DNA of 64,000 bases, from the NCBI GenBank assembly GCA_035527255.1, contig DATLAW010000237.1:7905-71904 (forward strand), written 5' to 3'. The notes under the pieces were generated by a model that saw only the letters and a program-made list of their open reading frames with translations, ran no database searches and was not told the DNA's origin. This DNA comes from Thermohalobaculum sp. (lineage in GTDB: Bacteria; Pseudomonadota; Alphaproteobacteria; Rhodobacterales; Rhodobacteraceae). The position numbers and the translations under genes were made by a program. Shown here piece by piece: positions 29,847-39,506 of the stretch. The number at the start of each line of letters is the position of its first letter. The first letter of the stretch is position 1.

Positions 29847-31058
29847 TCAGAAGAACGCCTGCAGCCCGGTCTGGGCGCGGCCAAGGATCAGGGCGTGGAC
29901 GTCGTGGGTGCCCTCATAAGTGTTGACCGTCTCGAGGTTGACCATGTGCCGCATGACCTGGAACTCACCCGAGATGCCGTTGCCGCCATGCATGTCGCGG
30001 GCGTGGCGGGCCACCTCGAGCGCCTTGCCGCAATTGTTGCGCTTGATCAGTGAGATCATCTCCGGGGCAAAGCGGCCCTCGTCCATCAGGCGGCCAACGC
30101 GGAGACTGGCCTGGAGGCCGAGTGCAATCTCAGTCTGCATGTCGGCGAGCTTTTTCTGGAACAGCTGGGTCTGGGCCAGCGGGCGGTTGAACTGCTTGCG
30201 GTCGAGGCCGTATTGACGGGCCGCGTGCCAGCAGAACTCGGCCGCACCCATGGCGCCCCATGAGATGCCGTAGCGGGCCCGGTTGAGGCAGCCGAAGGGG
30301 CCTTTCAGACCTTCGACATTGGGCAGAAGCGCGTCCTCGCCGACCTCGACCCCCTGCATGACGATCTCGCCGGTGATCGAGGTCCGCAACGACAGCTTGT
30401 TGCCGATCTTCGGGGCGCTGAGCCCGGCCATGCCCTTCTCGAGCACGAAGCCACGGATCTGGCCGTTATGGGCGTCGGATTTCGCCCAGATGACAAAGAC
30501 GTCGGCGATCGGGGCGTTCGATATCCACATTTTCGAGCCGTTGAGGACATAGCCACCCTGCACTTTGGTGGCCCGGGTCTTCATGCCGCCGGGGTCGGAG
30601 CCTGCATCTGGCTCGGTCAGGCCGAAACAACCGATCCACTCGCCGCTGACGAGCTTCGGCAGATACTTCTGGCGCTGTTCCTCCGAGCCGTAGGTGTGGA
30701 TCGGGAACATCACCAGGGATGACTGGACCGACATCATCGAGCGGTAGCCCGAATCCACCCGCTCGACTTCGCGCGCCACCAGCCCGTAGGCGACATAGCC
30801 AGCGCCGACGCCGCCGTATTCCTCCGGGATTGTGATGCCGAGCAGGCCGAGATCGCCCATTTCGCGGAAGATCGACGTATCGGTCGTCTCCTCGGCGAAG
30901 GCGGCGATAACGCGGGGCTGAAGCTGCTCCTGCGCGTAGGCCCGTGCCGAGTCGCGAATCATCCGCTCCTCCTCGGTGAGCTGATCCTCCAGCAGGAACG
31001 GGTCGTCCCAGACAAAGCGGCTGGATTTGGACGAAGTTGCCGGAGCGTGGGTGTTCAT
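29847..31058 (-). CDS. gcdH: Glutaryl-CoA dehydrogenase
   Basis: The Met at 31058 follows an [44 protein letters not shown] and [14 protein letters not shown] are typical GcdH. Confidence 0.85.
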   Translation of the reverse strand: MNTHAPATSSKSSRFVWDDPFLLEDQLTEEERMIRDSARAYAQEQLQPRVIAAFAEETTDTSIFREMGDLGLLGITIPEEYGGVGAGYVAYGLVAREVERVDSGYRSMMSVQSSLVMFPIHTYGSEEQRQKYLPKLVSGEWIGCFGLTEPDAGSDPGGMKTRATKVQGGYVLNGSKMWISNAPIADVFVIWAKSDAHNGQIRGFVLEKGMAGLSAPKIGNKLSLRTSITGEIVMQGVEVGEDALLPNVEGLKGPFGCLNRARYGISWGAMGAAEFCWHAARQYGLDRKQFNRPLAQTQLFQKKLADMQTEIALGLQASLRVGRLMDEGRFAPEMISLIKRNNCGKALEVARHARDMHGGNGISGEFQVMRHMVNLETVNTYEGTHDVHALILGRAQTGLQAFF

Positions 31059-31144
31059 GGTGAGGGCCTCCTGTGATGTCGCGGCGACACTAGCGCCGGG
31101 CGCAGGTGGCGGCAACGGGTCCGGCAATATGGACGTGATGTATT

Positions 31145-31250
31145 CTAGAGCACGAGCCATGATCTCCGATTCATGGCTCGTGCTCTATCCAGTTGTTTGG
31201 TCGCATTTTCACGACGCTACGGCTGGGCGCCTTTGCTGGAAAATGCTCTA
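31145..31250 (+). repeat. 106-bp double-hairpin intergenic element, divergent copy 3
   Basis: Same length as copies 1 and 2. Scaffold blocks CTAGAGC, GCTCTA, TGGTCGCATTTTC and GAAAATGCTCTA sit at identical offsets. Hairpin 1 is replaced by a perfect 17-bp stem (31146-31162 / 31171-31187). Confidence 0.75.
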
Positions 31251-31301
31251 CCATCGCTTTGCGATTGCCTGCGGCTTTTCGTCCGGGTTATGCACCGCTG
31301 C

Positions 31302-31739
31302 ATGACGCTGTTCACCAGATCACTTTGGCCCGACCGGGTCCGCCGACCATATCTGCGGCTCGCCGCGGCGCTGATCGCGGCGCCGCTGGTGCTGGCGGCA
31401 GTGATGACGCTGATCGCCTTTGTGGTTGCCGGATCGACCGAACCAACCCGTGAGGGAACCCTGGCGCTGACGACGTCGGCGGCGGTGGTATTCTTCGTCG
31501 CCCTGCCCGCTTTTGCGATGACCTTGGGGCTGGCCGGAGTCGCCCTGTTGTGGTCGCTGGGACGGCGCGGGGTGCTGGCCTGGCTGGCGACCGGGGCTGG
31601 GGCCGGAATGCTGGTCGCCACTGGGCATGGTCTGCTCGTTGAGGGCGGCATCGTTCCGGTCCAGATGGCGGTGGCCGTGGTGCTGGGCCTGGTGATGTTC
31701 GCCCTGATCCGCTGGATCGCCGGGGTGCGAGTCAGTTGA
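31302..31739 (+). CDS. Hypothetical 4-TM membrane protein
   Basis: Hydrophobic helices. The start at Met 31302 is chosen so that it does not run through the repeat element. No family recognised. Confidence 0.45.
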   Translation: MTLFTRSLWPDRVRRPYLRLAAALIAAPLVLAAVMTLIAFVVAGSTEPTREGTLALTTSAAVVFFVALPAFAMTLGLAGVALLWSLGRRGVLAWLATGAGAGMLVATGHGLLVEGGIVPVQMAVAVVLGLVMFALIRWIAGVRVS

Positions 31740-32286
31740 GCCGGTAGAGGTTCGTGGGTGGGTCGACACGCTGGCCGATACGTTCCCAGATCACATGCCG
31801 GCCTTGGCGTTCGCGCTGGAGCACGCCGACTGCGGCCAGATCACTGAAGCCCGGCAACGCCGTCAGCGCCTCCGGCAAATTGGCGGCGCCCTCGGCGGTG
31901 GCCGGGATAACCAGTGCCGCTCCCTGCCGACCAATCAGTCGCCAGACCGGATCCTGACCGGGCGCTGTGATGTAGATGTCGACACGGACCAGATCGTCAA
32001 GTTCAAGGAACCCGCCGCCATGCGGCCCCATATAGCCGATCTCGCCCTCGCGCAGCACCACCAACCCTGCCCCGGTCACCGGGCGCACCGCCAGCGCCCC
32101 GAGCACTGCCGCGCGGAGCCAGAACAGCGCCAGCGCCGCCGCCGCCAGCACAATCCAGCCGAGTGAGCCGCCCTGCCCGACCCAGGTGATGCCGCGCCAG
32201 CCGGTCAACAGCACCAGCCCGCCCGCCGCCGCTGGCTCGCCCCAGCGCCGGATCGTGGCTGCCGCCTCGGGCCTGATCAAACTCAT
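31732..32286 (-). CDS. Hypothetical membrane protein
   Basis: 184 aa with two N-terminal TM helices and a soluble C-domain. Coding-like third-position G+C. No family recognised. Confidence 0.45.
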   Translation of the reverse strand: MSLIRPEAAATIRRWGEPAAAGGLVLLTGWRGITWVGQGGSLGWIVLAAAALALFWLRAAVLGALAVRPVTGAGLVVLREGEIGYMGPHGGGFLELDDLVRVDIYITAPGQDPVWRLIGRQGAALVIPATAEGAANLPEALTALPGFSDLAAVGVLQRERQGRHVIWERIGQRVDPPTNLYRLN

Positions 32287-32446
32287 GCAGTATTCCTGTC
32301 AGTAGCCCGCCAGAATGTCGGCGCCGCACCCGACGCCGTGTCGGCGCACCCGATCCGGAGGTCGAGCCCGACGCCGGTCCTCCCACCGCGATCGGCTGAA
32401 AGGAAAAACCTGATTTTTGCAGCCGTTTGTGCCATAAACTTGCCCA

Positions 32447-33412
32447 ATGAATCAGACACCAGATAACAACGCTTCCGCCTCGGATGGAAGTGCCAGCGAC
32501 GGAACGGTGCGAGATGCGGTCCCGCAGAACTGGGTCGATCGCATCGCGCCGCCCTGGGCGCGGCCCTATCTGCGGCTGGCACGTGCCGACCGGCCGATTG
32601 GCACCTGGCTGTTGCTGATCCCATGCTGGTGGGGGATCACTATCGCGATTATCGACAGTGGCTGGCAATGGGTCGATCTGTGGCTGTTCCCGGCCTGCGC
32701 CATCGGCGCCGTGGTCATGCGCGGGGCGGGCTGCACCTGGAACGACATCACTGACCGGGACATCGACGCACAGGTGGCGCGGACCCGCTCGCGACCGATC
32801 CCGTCGGGGCAGGTGACGATCGTCCAGGCAGCGATCTTCATGATCGGGCTGGGGCTGGCGGGGCTGGCGATCCTGCTGACACTGAACAGCGCTGCGATCT
32901 GGCTTGGAGTGATCTCGTTGGGGCCGGTTTGCGTTTATCCCTTCGCAAAACGCTTTACCTGGTGGCCACAAGTGTTTCTGGGTATTGCCTTTAATTGGGG
33001 AGCGCTGCTCGGTTGGGCGGCTCATAGCGGGGGCCTGAGCCTGCCGCCAATCTACCTCTACGTCGCCGGGATCGCGTGGACGCTGCACTACGACACCATC
33101 TACGCCCATCAGGACCGCGAGGACGACGAACTGATCGGGATCCGCTCGACGGCACGCCTGTTCGAGCAGGAGACCGCAGGGTGGTTGTGGATGTTCACCG
33201 GGCTGATGGTGATCTTCGGGGTTCTGGCGGTGTTGTTCGCCGGTGGTGGCTGGTTCGGCATTCTCGGGCCGATGGCGCTGGGTGCTTTCATGGCCTGGCA
33301 AATCCGCGAGCTGGACATCGACGATCCGGAACAATGTCTGCGCCTGTTCCGCGCCACGCGTTGGGGCGGCCTGTTGATGCTCGGGTTCATGCTGCTCGAT
33401 ACGGCTTTTTGA
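32447..33412 (+). CDS. ubiA: 4-hydroxybenzoate polyprenyltransferase
   Basis: 321 aa. UbiA motifs [23 protein letters not shown] and YAHQDREDD. Confidence 0.9.
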   Translation: MNQTPDNNASASDGSASDGTVRDAVPQNWVDRIAPPWARPYLRLARADRPIGTWLLLIPCWWGITIAIIDSGWQWVDLWLFPACAIGAVVMRGAGCTWNDITDRDIDAQVARTRSRPIPSGQVTIVQAAIFMIGLGLAGLAILLTLNSAAIWLGVISLGPVCVYPFAKRFTWWPQVFLGIAFNWGALLGWAAHSGGLSLPPIYLYVAGIAWTLHYDTIYAHQDREDDELIGIRSTARLFEQETAGWLWMFTGLMVIFGVLAVLFAGGGWFGILGPMALGAFMAWQIRELDIDDPEQCLRLFRATRWGGLLMLGFMLLDTAF

Positions 33413-33733
33413 ACGCACTGGCTTCAAATACCGATTGCCCGGATTGGAATTTTGCGTTTCCGCAGGCATTTTCACGGAATGTTACGGTGTGGATGTCGCT
33501 GTACATCTGCCATACATTGGCCTCTCTCCGGCGCTATCGTTGCTGTGATCGTTGAAAGAAAGGCCGTACTCTGCTAAGATAGCTTGGGGAAATGGGTGGG
33601 AGAGAATCTAATGGCATTACTGGACACCAGCCGTCGTGCACCTGCGCGGTGGGTTCTCGAATGGGTCGGCAGATACGCAATCCGACGCGCTGTTGGGATA
33701 TCGACTTGCGTGCTCGGCATCTCTGTCGCGACC

Positions 33734-33943
33734 ATGGCCTTGGCAAAGAAGCCGGCCAAATTCGCAACAGCGCCGGGAGCGCCAGATGCTGAAGCTGCGG
33801 CGGAAGGCGAGGCGTCGTCGATAATACCCGATATGATCATGGGCGTCTCGACACACACGCTCTTTTTCGTCGCCGTCGTAGTGTTTGCGCTGTTTTGGTT
33901 CACGCTTGGCGGCGGTCGCAAGCCGAAGGTCACGCGGAACTAG
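33734..33943 (+). CDS. Possible small single-TM membrane protein
   Basis: 69 aa from the Met at 33734. C-terminal TM helix LFFVAVVVFALFWFTLGG followed by a basic tail. Weak support, and the longer 119-aa version is doubtful. Confidence 0.3.
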   Translation: MALAKKPAKFATAPGAPDAEAAAEGEASSIIPDMIMGVSTHTLFFVAVVVFALFWFTLGGGRKPKVTRN

Positions 33944-33984
33944 CCATGCCGCTGTAGTCGGCCCGTACGGGTGGCAGTCAGAGG

Positions 33985-34090
33985 CTAGAGCGCTTTGTGA
34001 CCTGATTGCATCAGGTCACGCGCCCTAAGACATTAGCTGGTCGCATTTTCCGAGTCAGCGGATGATTCCATCCGCTTCGAAAATACTCTA
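33985..34090 (+). repeat. 106-bp double-hairpin intergenic element, copy 2
   Basis: 100/106 identical to copy 1. The last 3 nt (CTA) are the complement of the TAG stop of the DUF3422 gene. Confidence 0.85.
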
Positions 34091-35398
34091 GGCGCCGTCG
34101 ATGCGCTTGCGCATGCGCCGGATCATCCACCAGACCAGCGCGACCACCGGGATCACCGCCAGGGCAGTCGGCACTGATTTATCGATCGCTGTCGTCTTGG
34201 CCAACGGCGCGAACAGGTATCCTGCCAGGCTGACCGCGTAATAGCTGATCGCCACTACCGACAGCCCCTCGACCGTCTGTTGCAGGCGCAGCTGAAGCGC
34301 CGCGCGCCGGTTCATCGATTCGAGCAGCTGCTGGTTCTGCGCCTCGACGGCGACATTGACCCGAGTGCGCAACAGCTCGGCGATGCGGCTGGCGCGGGTT
34401 GCCAGCTCGGCGAGGCGACGTTCGGTGGCGTGGCAGGTGCGCATCGCCGGATCGAAGCGGCGGATCATGAACTCGGCGAACAGCTGGCGCCCGGCCAGCC
34501 GCTCCTCACGCATCATCTCGATGCGCTGGGTGACGATCGCCTCATAGGCCCGGCCGGCGCCAAAGCGGAACGCGGCGGCGGCGGCCAGCGCCTCGATCTC
34601 AGCCGAAAGTGCAGTGAGCTGGCCAAGGATATCGGCCTCGGCCGCCACGCCCTCAACGCCGCCTACCTGGCCAATCAGTTGACTCAGCTCGCGCTCGATC
34701 TCGTTCAGCCGCCGCCCGGTGTCGCGTGCCAGGGGCAGGGCCAGCATCGCCAGCGTGCGATAGGTTTCGATCTCGATCAGCCGCTGGCTGACCCGGCCGA
34801 TACGGCGAGATCCGGCGGGTCCATGGACGATAACGGCGAAGCGGGAGAAACCGCCCTCGTGGATGCGAAAATCGCCGATCGCCAGGGCATTGCCGTCGAG
34901 CACCCGGGCGCAGGACAGGCTTTCCCCGGACAGCTCTGGCATCAGCCGTTGTTCCAGCAGGGTCTCAGCCGCATCCAGGTCCGCCGCTTCGACGATCTCG
35001 ATCTGGATGGCGGCGATTGTGGCGCCAGCGGCAGCGGCCAGCCAGTCGTCCGGAAGGTGCCGGGCGAGTGCGGCGTCGAACAATGTAGCGGCAGGGCCGT
35101 CCTCGTAGAGAGTATAGGAGACAAACTCGGTATGACGCTCCCACTTCAATCGGAAGCGGCCAAAATCGGCGGAGTAGTGACTGGCGCCGGGAGCCGGGTG
35201 CGGACCCCCATGGCGGTCAATGAAGGCTGTCAGATGGGCGCGATCAACGTCTGCGTCACGCTCGGCGGCAGCATTGGTTTGCTTGATCGCCAAAAACAGC
35301 GCCCGGCCCGGCGCGCCAAGCTCGACGAACGGCCGGGCGTGCAGCTCGCCGGTCAACGGATAGCGCAGCGGGTGGTCGGCGAGTATGCCTTTAATCAC
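34088..35398 (-). CDS. DUF3422-family membrane-anchored protein
   Basis: 436 aa with a GTG start. HPLRYPLTGELHARPF N-terminus and two C-terminal TM helices, as recalled for DUF3422/COG4949. Confidence 0.65.
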   Translation of the reverse strand: MIKGILADHPLRYPLTGELHARPFVELGAPGRALFLAIKQTNAAAERDADVDRAHLTAFIDRHGGPHPAPGASHYSADFGRFRLKWERHTEFVSYTLYEDGPAATLFDAALARHLPDDWLAAAAGATIAAIQIEIVEAADLDAAETLLEQRLMPELSGESLSCARVLDGNALAIGDFRIHEGGFSRFAVIVHGPAGSRRIGRVSQRLIEIETYRTLAMLALPLARDTGRRLNEIERELSQLIGQVGGVEGVAAEADILGQLTALSAEIEALAAAAAFRFGAGRAYEAIVTQRIEMMREERLAGRQLFAEFMIRRFDPAMRTCHATERRLAELATRASRIAELLRTRVNVAVEAQNQQLLESMNRRAALQLRLQQTVEGLSVVAISYYAVSLAGYLFAPLAKTTAIDKSVPTALAVIPVVALVWWMIRRMRKRIDGA

Positions 35399-35502
35399 GA
35401 TTGGGTTTCCCTCGGCGTGGTCATTGCGGGAGTGTTAGCAGGGGAGCGGGAGGTGCGGAAGGTGCGGAAGGCGTCCGCGACATTGGCACGCGGGGCGGCC
35501 TG

Positions 35503-35694
35503 TCACTCGACGACTCTGTTCTCGTCACAGGGCTCAGGCGCATCGCCGGTTCCACCGAGCCCGCCATCCTTCGCGCCATCGACCGGCGCGAGGGCGCAGT
35601 CGGCCGGCGGCTCCTGGCCGACCCGCGGATCAATCGATGACGAACAGGCCGAGAGTAACGCGCACATCATCGCGCAGATCAGAAAATACCGCAT
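35503..35694 (-). CDS. Small lipoprotein (63 aa)
   Basis: MRYFLICAMMCALLSACSS lipobox. Starts 3 nt after the stop of the upstream gene. Confidence 0.45.
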   Translation of the reverse strand: MRYFLICAMMCALLSACSSSIDPRVGQEPPADCALAPVDGAKDGGLGGTGDAPEPCDENRVVE

Positions 35695-35696
35695 CG

Positions 35697-36530
35697 TCAG
35701 TCCTCTCCCTTGGACGCGTCGCCGATCGAGCGAAAAATGTAGGCGCCACACCTGAAGCGCCCAGTCGCCGCGTCGTTTCCGTCGTCACGTTGTTGCAGTT
35801 CAAGCGCCCTGTTGTTGAGCTCCAGCAGCGCCGCGCCCTGCAACTGCCTAGCCATGGTATCCAGTTCTGCCAGCGCCTCCGGCGTGAGCTGGTTGTAGTG
35901 GACGGACCGCTCGAAGAACGGGCCGGGCTTTGGTGCGGCCAGCAGGTTGGTGGCAGCAGCCTCGGCATGATCGCCCAGATTGGCGCCGAAGTAGCCCAGA
36001 AGGGCAGCGTCATCCCCGCTCGGCAGATAGGCCGGGGCGATCAGGCTGACGCGGCCGTCATCGTCACTTTGCTCGACCAGACCCAATCGGATCAATTCGT
36101 CGAGCACGGTCCGCGGATGAATATCGCGGCTAACCTCGGCGGCAAGGGTCTCGAAGGATACCCCCTCGGCGCCACTACGCGGCAGACTGCGGGGTGCGCC
36201 GGTCTGGCCCGTATAGGGCGCCCCGCCCATCCACCGAGCCAATATGCGGGGCAGCGGACCCGCCCCCTGCGGCTCGGCATCGCCGTCGGTGGTTTCAAGC
36301 CGCGTCCGCACGAGGCGGATGTCCTTGCGCTGCAATCCGGTCAGCAGGCTGATTCGACTATCGGTCAGCCGCTTGGCTTCCAACCTGAAATGCCGGTTGC
36401 ACACTTCGACGTAAAGCTCCTTCACCCTCCCCGCAAATTCCGGAAAGGCCATGCCGCGCGCAATCATTACCCGGACCAGGGGTCGCAGAATGCGGCTCAG
36501 CGCGTCACCAAAGGGGTTTTGGGGGAGCAT
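35697..36530 (-). CDS. Hypothetical protein with two HTH-like segments (DUF6502-like)
   Basis: 277 aa. SRISLLTGLQRKDIRLVR and HPRTVLDELIRLGLVEQ look like HTH/wHTH segments. The family name is recalled, not verified. Confidence 0.45.
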   Translation of the reverse strand: MLPQNPFGDALSRILRPLVRVMIARGMAFPEFAGRVKELYVEVCNRHFRLEAKRLTDSRISLLTGLQRKDIRLVRTRLETTDGDAEPQGAGPLPRILARWMGGAPYTGQTGAPRSLPRSGAEGVSFETLAAEVSRDIHPRTVLDELIRLGLVEQSDDDGRVSLIAPAYLPSGDDAALLGYFGANLGDHAEAAATNLLAAPKPGPFFERSVHYNQLTPEALAELDTMARQLQGAALLELNNRALELQQRDDGNDAATGRFRCGAYIFRSIGDASKGED

Positions 36531-36647
36531 TCGGCCTCCAGTTAAAAGTACATGGACTTTTTACCCATTTTCTCCTTGCCAACAAGGGTGCATCGCGATA
36601 TTGACAATAAATGGGTATTTTCCCCATTTTTAAAAGAGGAGATCATC

Positions 36648-37493
36648 ATGCGATCCATCGTTCTGTCCCTGGCCGCGTTGCTGCTGGTTGGCGCTTGCGC
36701 GGAATATTCCACCCAGACCAGCTCGGGCGCCGAGTATCTGGCGCGCTACGAACCAGTGTCGACCCAGGCCCAGCCCGTGGTGCAGCGCACAGTCCAGCGG
36801 ACGGCAAGCGGCACCGAGATCGTCGACGACACGGTCCAGACCGTCTCGACCGACGAGCCGATCCGCCATGCCGCCGCTATCGAGCCGTTGCTGCGACTTC
36901 CGGCGCGGATTGGGCTGGCGCGGATTGAGGCTGGCCGGTTGACCGCCATTCCAGCCGGCGAGAGCGCGCTGTGGACAGCGTTCGCCCAACGGCATGCAGC
37001 ACTCGGCGGCTTCGCGGCCATCGATCCCTTCCTTGCCGACTACACGTTGCGCACGGTGCTACCCCAAGACCAGCGCGCGTTGCGCCGCGATGCCTCTGAC
37101 GTTGTGACGATGATCCGCCTGGGCGCGGCGCGCCAGCACATGGATGCGGTGCTGATCTACGAGGTCGGTTCGCGCGAACGCCGGGTCAACGGGATCGATG
37201 GATTGGCGCCCATCGGGCTGCTGGGGGCAGCGCCCCTGCCCGCCGCGCCAATTGAGAAAGAGGGCGTGGCCCGGGCCTTCCTGATGGACGTGCGCAACGG
37301 CTATCCTTACGGGGCTGCCTCGGCCTCGGTGGACCTTGTGTCGCTCGACCGTCCCTTCTGGTCCGACAAACCGCAGGACGCGCTGGGGATCGAGGCGAAG
37401 ACCCGGATTACCCGTGGCCTTGTGCCCGAGGTGGAAAAGATGGTCGGCGGTGTGCTCGAAGCAATGGCCGCGCGGACGCCGCCAGCGAGTTAG
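36648..37493 (+). CDS. Hypothetical lipoprotein
   Basis: The Met at 36648 follows an AAGAGGAG SD. Lipobox LLVGAC. No family recognised. Confidence 0.55.
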   Translation: MRSIVLSLAALLLVGACAEYSTQTSSGAEYLARYEPVSTQAQPVVQRTVQRTASGTEIVDDTVQTVSTDEPIRHAAAIEPLLRLPARIGLARIEAGRLTAIPAGESALWTAFAQRHAALGGFAAIDPFLADYTLRTVLPQDQRALRRDASDVVTMIRLGAARQHMDAVLIYEVGSRERRVNGIDGLAPIGLLGAAPLPAAPIEKEGVARAFLMDVRNGYPYGAASASVDLVSLDRPFWSDKPQDALGIEAKTRITRGLVPEVEKMVGGVLEAMAARTPPAS

Positions 37494-37684
37494 GGGCATC
37501 ACATCAGCTGTCATCTTCGACCGCGTATCCGGCTCCACCCAATCACTGACCTCGCATCAGAACCAAAGGTTGTTGGGTGGAGAACGCGTGCAGCGCCCCG
37601 GATGTACGCTCGCGGTTCCGTCAGCGTTCGGTCAATTTACCACTCGGCAGTGCCGAGAAGTGGCAGGTCACGACCCGCTCCCCC

Positions 37685-39343
37685 TCACATATTCGGATAG
37701 TTCGGCCCGTCGCCACCCTGCGGCGTTACCCATGTGATGTTCTGGCTCGGGTCCTTGATATCGCAGGTCTTGCAGTGGACGCAGTTCTGGAAGTTGATCT
37801 GGAAACGCGGGTTCGAGCCGTCGTCGTTGCGGATCACCTCGTAGACCCCGGCCGGGCAGTAGCGCTGGGCCGGTTCGGCGAAGTTCGGCAGGTTGACGCC
37901 GACCGGCACCGAGGCATCGGTCAGGCGCAGGTGGGCGGGCTGGCTTTCCTCGTGGTTGGTGAATGAGAAGGCCACGTTGGTCAGCCGGTCGAAGCTGAGC
38001 ACCCCGTCGGGTTTCGGGTAATCGATAGGCGCATGGTCCGCGGCACGGCCAGTCGCCGCCGCGTCGGACTTGCCGTGCTTGACGGTGCCGAGCGGGTTGA
38101 AGCCCAGCAGGTTCGCGACCCACATGTCGAAGCCGCCCAGTGTCAGCGAGGCGATCATCCCCAGCTTGGACCACAGCGGCTTGACGTTGCGAACCTTTTT
38201 GAGGTCGCTCGCGATTGGGCCGGTGCGGACCTCTACCTCGTAGGCGGTTAGCTCGTCCCCGCCCCGGCCAGCGCCGATTGCCGCGAACGCCGCCTCCGCC
38301 GCCGCCTTGCCCGACAGCATGGCGTTGTGGTTGCCCTTGATGCGGGGCACGTTGACCATACCGGCGGCACAACCCAGCAGCGCGCCACCCGGGAACACCA
38401 GCTTTGGCAGCGATTGCCAGCCGCCTTCGGTGATGGCGCGGGCGCCGTAGGCAATGCGCTTGCCGCCCTTCAGCACCTCGGAGATCTCGGGGTGATGTTT
38501 GAAGCGCTGGAACTCCATATAGGGGAACAGATGCGGGTTCGCATAATTCAGATGCACCACGAAGCCGACATAGACCTGATTGTTTTCAAGGTGATACATG
38601 AACGAACCGCCGCCAGCATTACCACCCAACGGCCAGCCCATGGTGTGGGTCACCTGGCCGGGCTTGTGGTTCTCCGGCTTGACCTCCCACAGCTCCTTCA
38701 TGCCGAGGCCATACTTCTGCACGTCGGAATTGGCGTCGAGGTTGAACTTGGCGATTGCCTGCTTCGATAGCGAACCGCGCACGCCTTCGGCCAGGAAGAC
38801 ATATTTGCCGTGCAGATCCATGCCGGGCTCGTAGGCGTCGCCGGGGGTACCGTCAGCGTTCAGCCCGAATTCGCCGGCGAGAACGCCCTTCAGCGCGCCG
38901 TCCGCGCAATAGATCAGATCGGAGCAGGCCATGCCGGGGAATATCTCGACCCCCAGCGCCTCGGCCTCGCTGGCCATCCAGCGGCACACATTGCCCATCG
39001 AGACGATGTAGTTGCCGTGGTTGTTCATCAGGGGCGGCATGGCGAAGTTCGGCAGCCGCAGTTGGCCCGCCTCGCCGAGCACGATAAAACGGTCGTGGGT
39101 GACGGGGGTGTTGAGCGGCGCGCCCTTCGCACGCCAGTCGGGGATCAGCGCGTCGAGGCCGCAGGGGTCGAGTACCGCGCCGGAGAGGATATGGGCGCCG
39201 ACCTCGGAGCCTTTCTCCAGAACCACCACCGAAATATCATCGCCGCCAAGCTGCTTGAGCCGGATCGCGGCCGAAAGGCCAGCCGGACCCGCGCCGACGA
39301 TAACGACGTCATACTCCATCGACTCGCGTGTGGTGTCAGTCAT
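37685..39343 (-). CDS. Electron-transfer flavoprotein:ubiquinone oxidoreductase
   Basis: YDVVIVGAGPAGLSAA FAD fold. C-terminal 4Fe-4S region CPAGVYE ... NCVHCKTCDIKDP ... WVTPQGGDGPNY. Confidence 0.9.
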   Translation of the reverse strand: MTDTTRESMEYDVVIVGAGPAGLSAAIRLKQLGGDDISVVVLEKGSEVGAHILSGAVLDPCGLDALIPDWRAKGAPLNTPVTHDRFIVLGEAGQLRLPNFAMPPLMNNHGNYIVSMGNVCRWMASEAEALGVEIFPGMACSDLIYCADGALKGVLAGEFGLNADGTPGDAYEPGMDLHGKYVFLAEGVRGSLSKQAIAKFNLDANSDVQKYGLGMKELWEVKPENHKPGQVTHTMGWPLGGNAGGGSFMYHLENNQVYVGFVVHLNYANPHLFPYMEFQRFKHHPEISEVLKGGKRIAYGARAITEGGWQSLPKLVFPGGALLGCAAGMVNVPRIKGNHNAMLSGKAAAEAAFAAIGAGRGGDELTAYEVEVRTGPIASDLKKVRNVKPLWSKLGMIASLTLGGFDMWVANLLGFNPLGTVKHGKSDAAATGRAADHAPIDYPKPDGVLSFDRLTNVAFSFTNHEESQPAHLRLTDASVPVGVNLPNFAEPAQRYCPAGVYEVIRNDDGSNPRFQINFQNCVHCKTCDIKDPSQNITWVTPQGGDGPNYPNM

Positions 39344-39506
39344 GACGCCGGTCTCCTTGTTGATGCCGTCCTTGCGCGCGGACTGATACCGCGCGCAGCC
39401 GGGCATGGTCAATTGAGACGCGTCGTCGCTTGTCGCGAATGCGACATCGAAAGGCCCTGGCGGGGCCGGGGCGGGAGCCGGGCATCGCCGACCGCAAGCT
39501 GCCCTG

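Noticed and set aside
33413-33733. Lower-G+C 320-bp region after ubiA as a possible ncRNA or riboswitch.
   Set aside because: I found no recognisable conserved motif or convincing structure by eye. It may simply be the promoter or leader of the small membrane-protein ORF.
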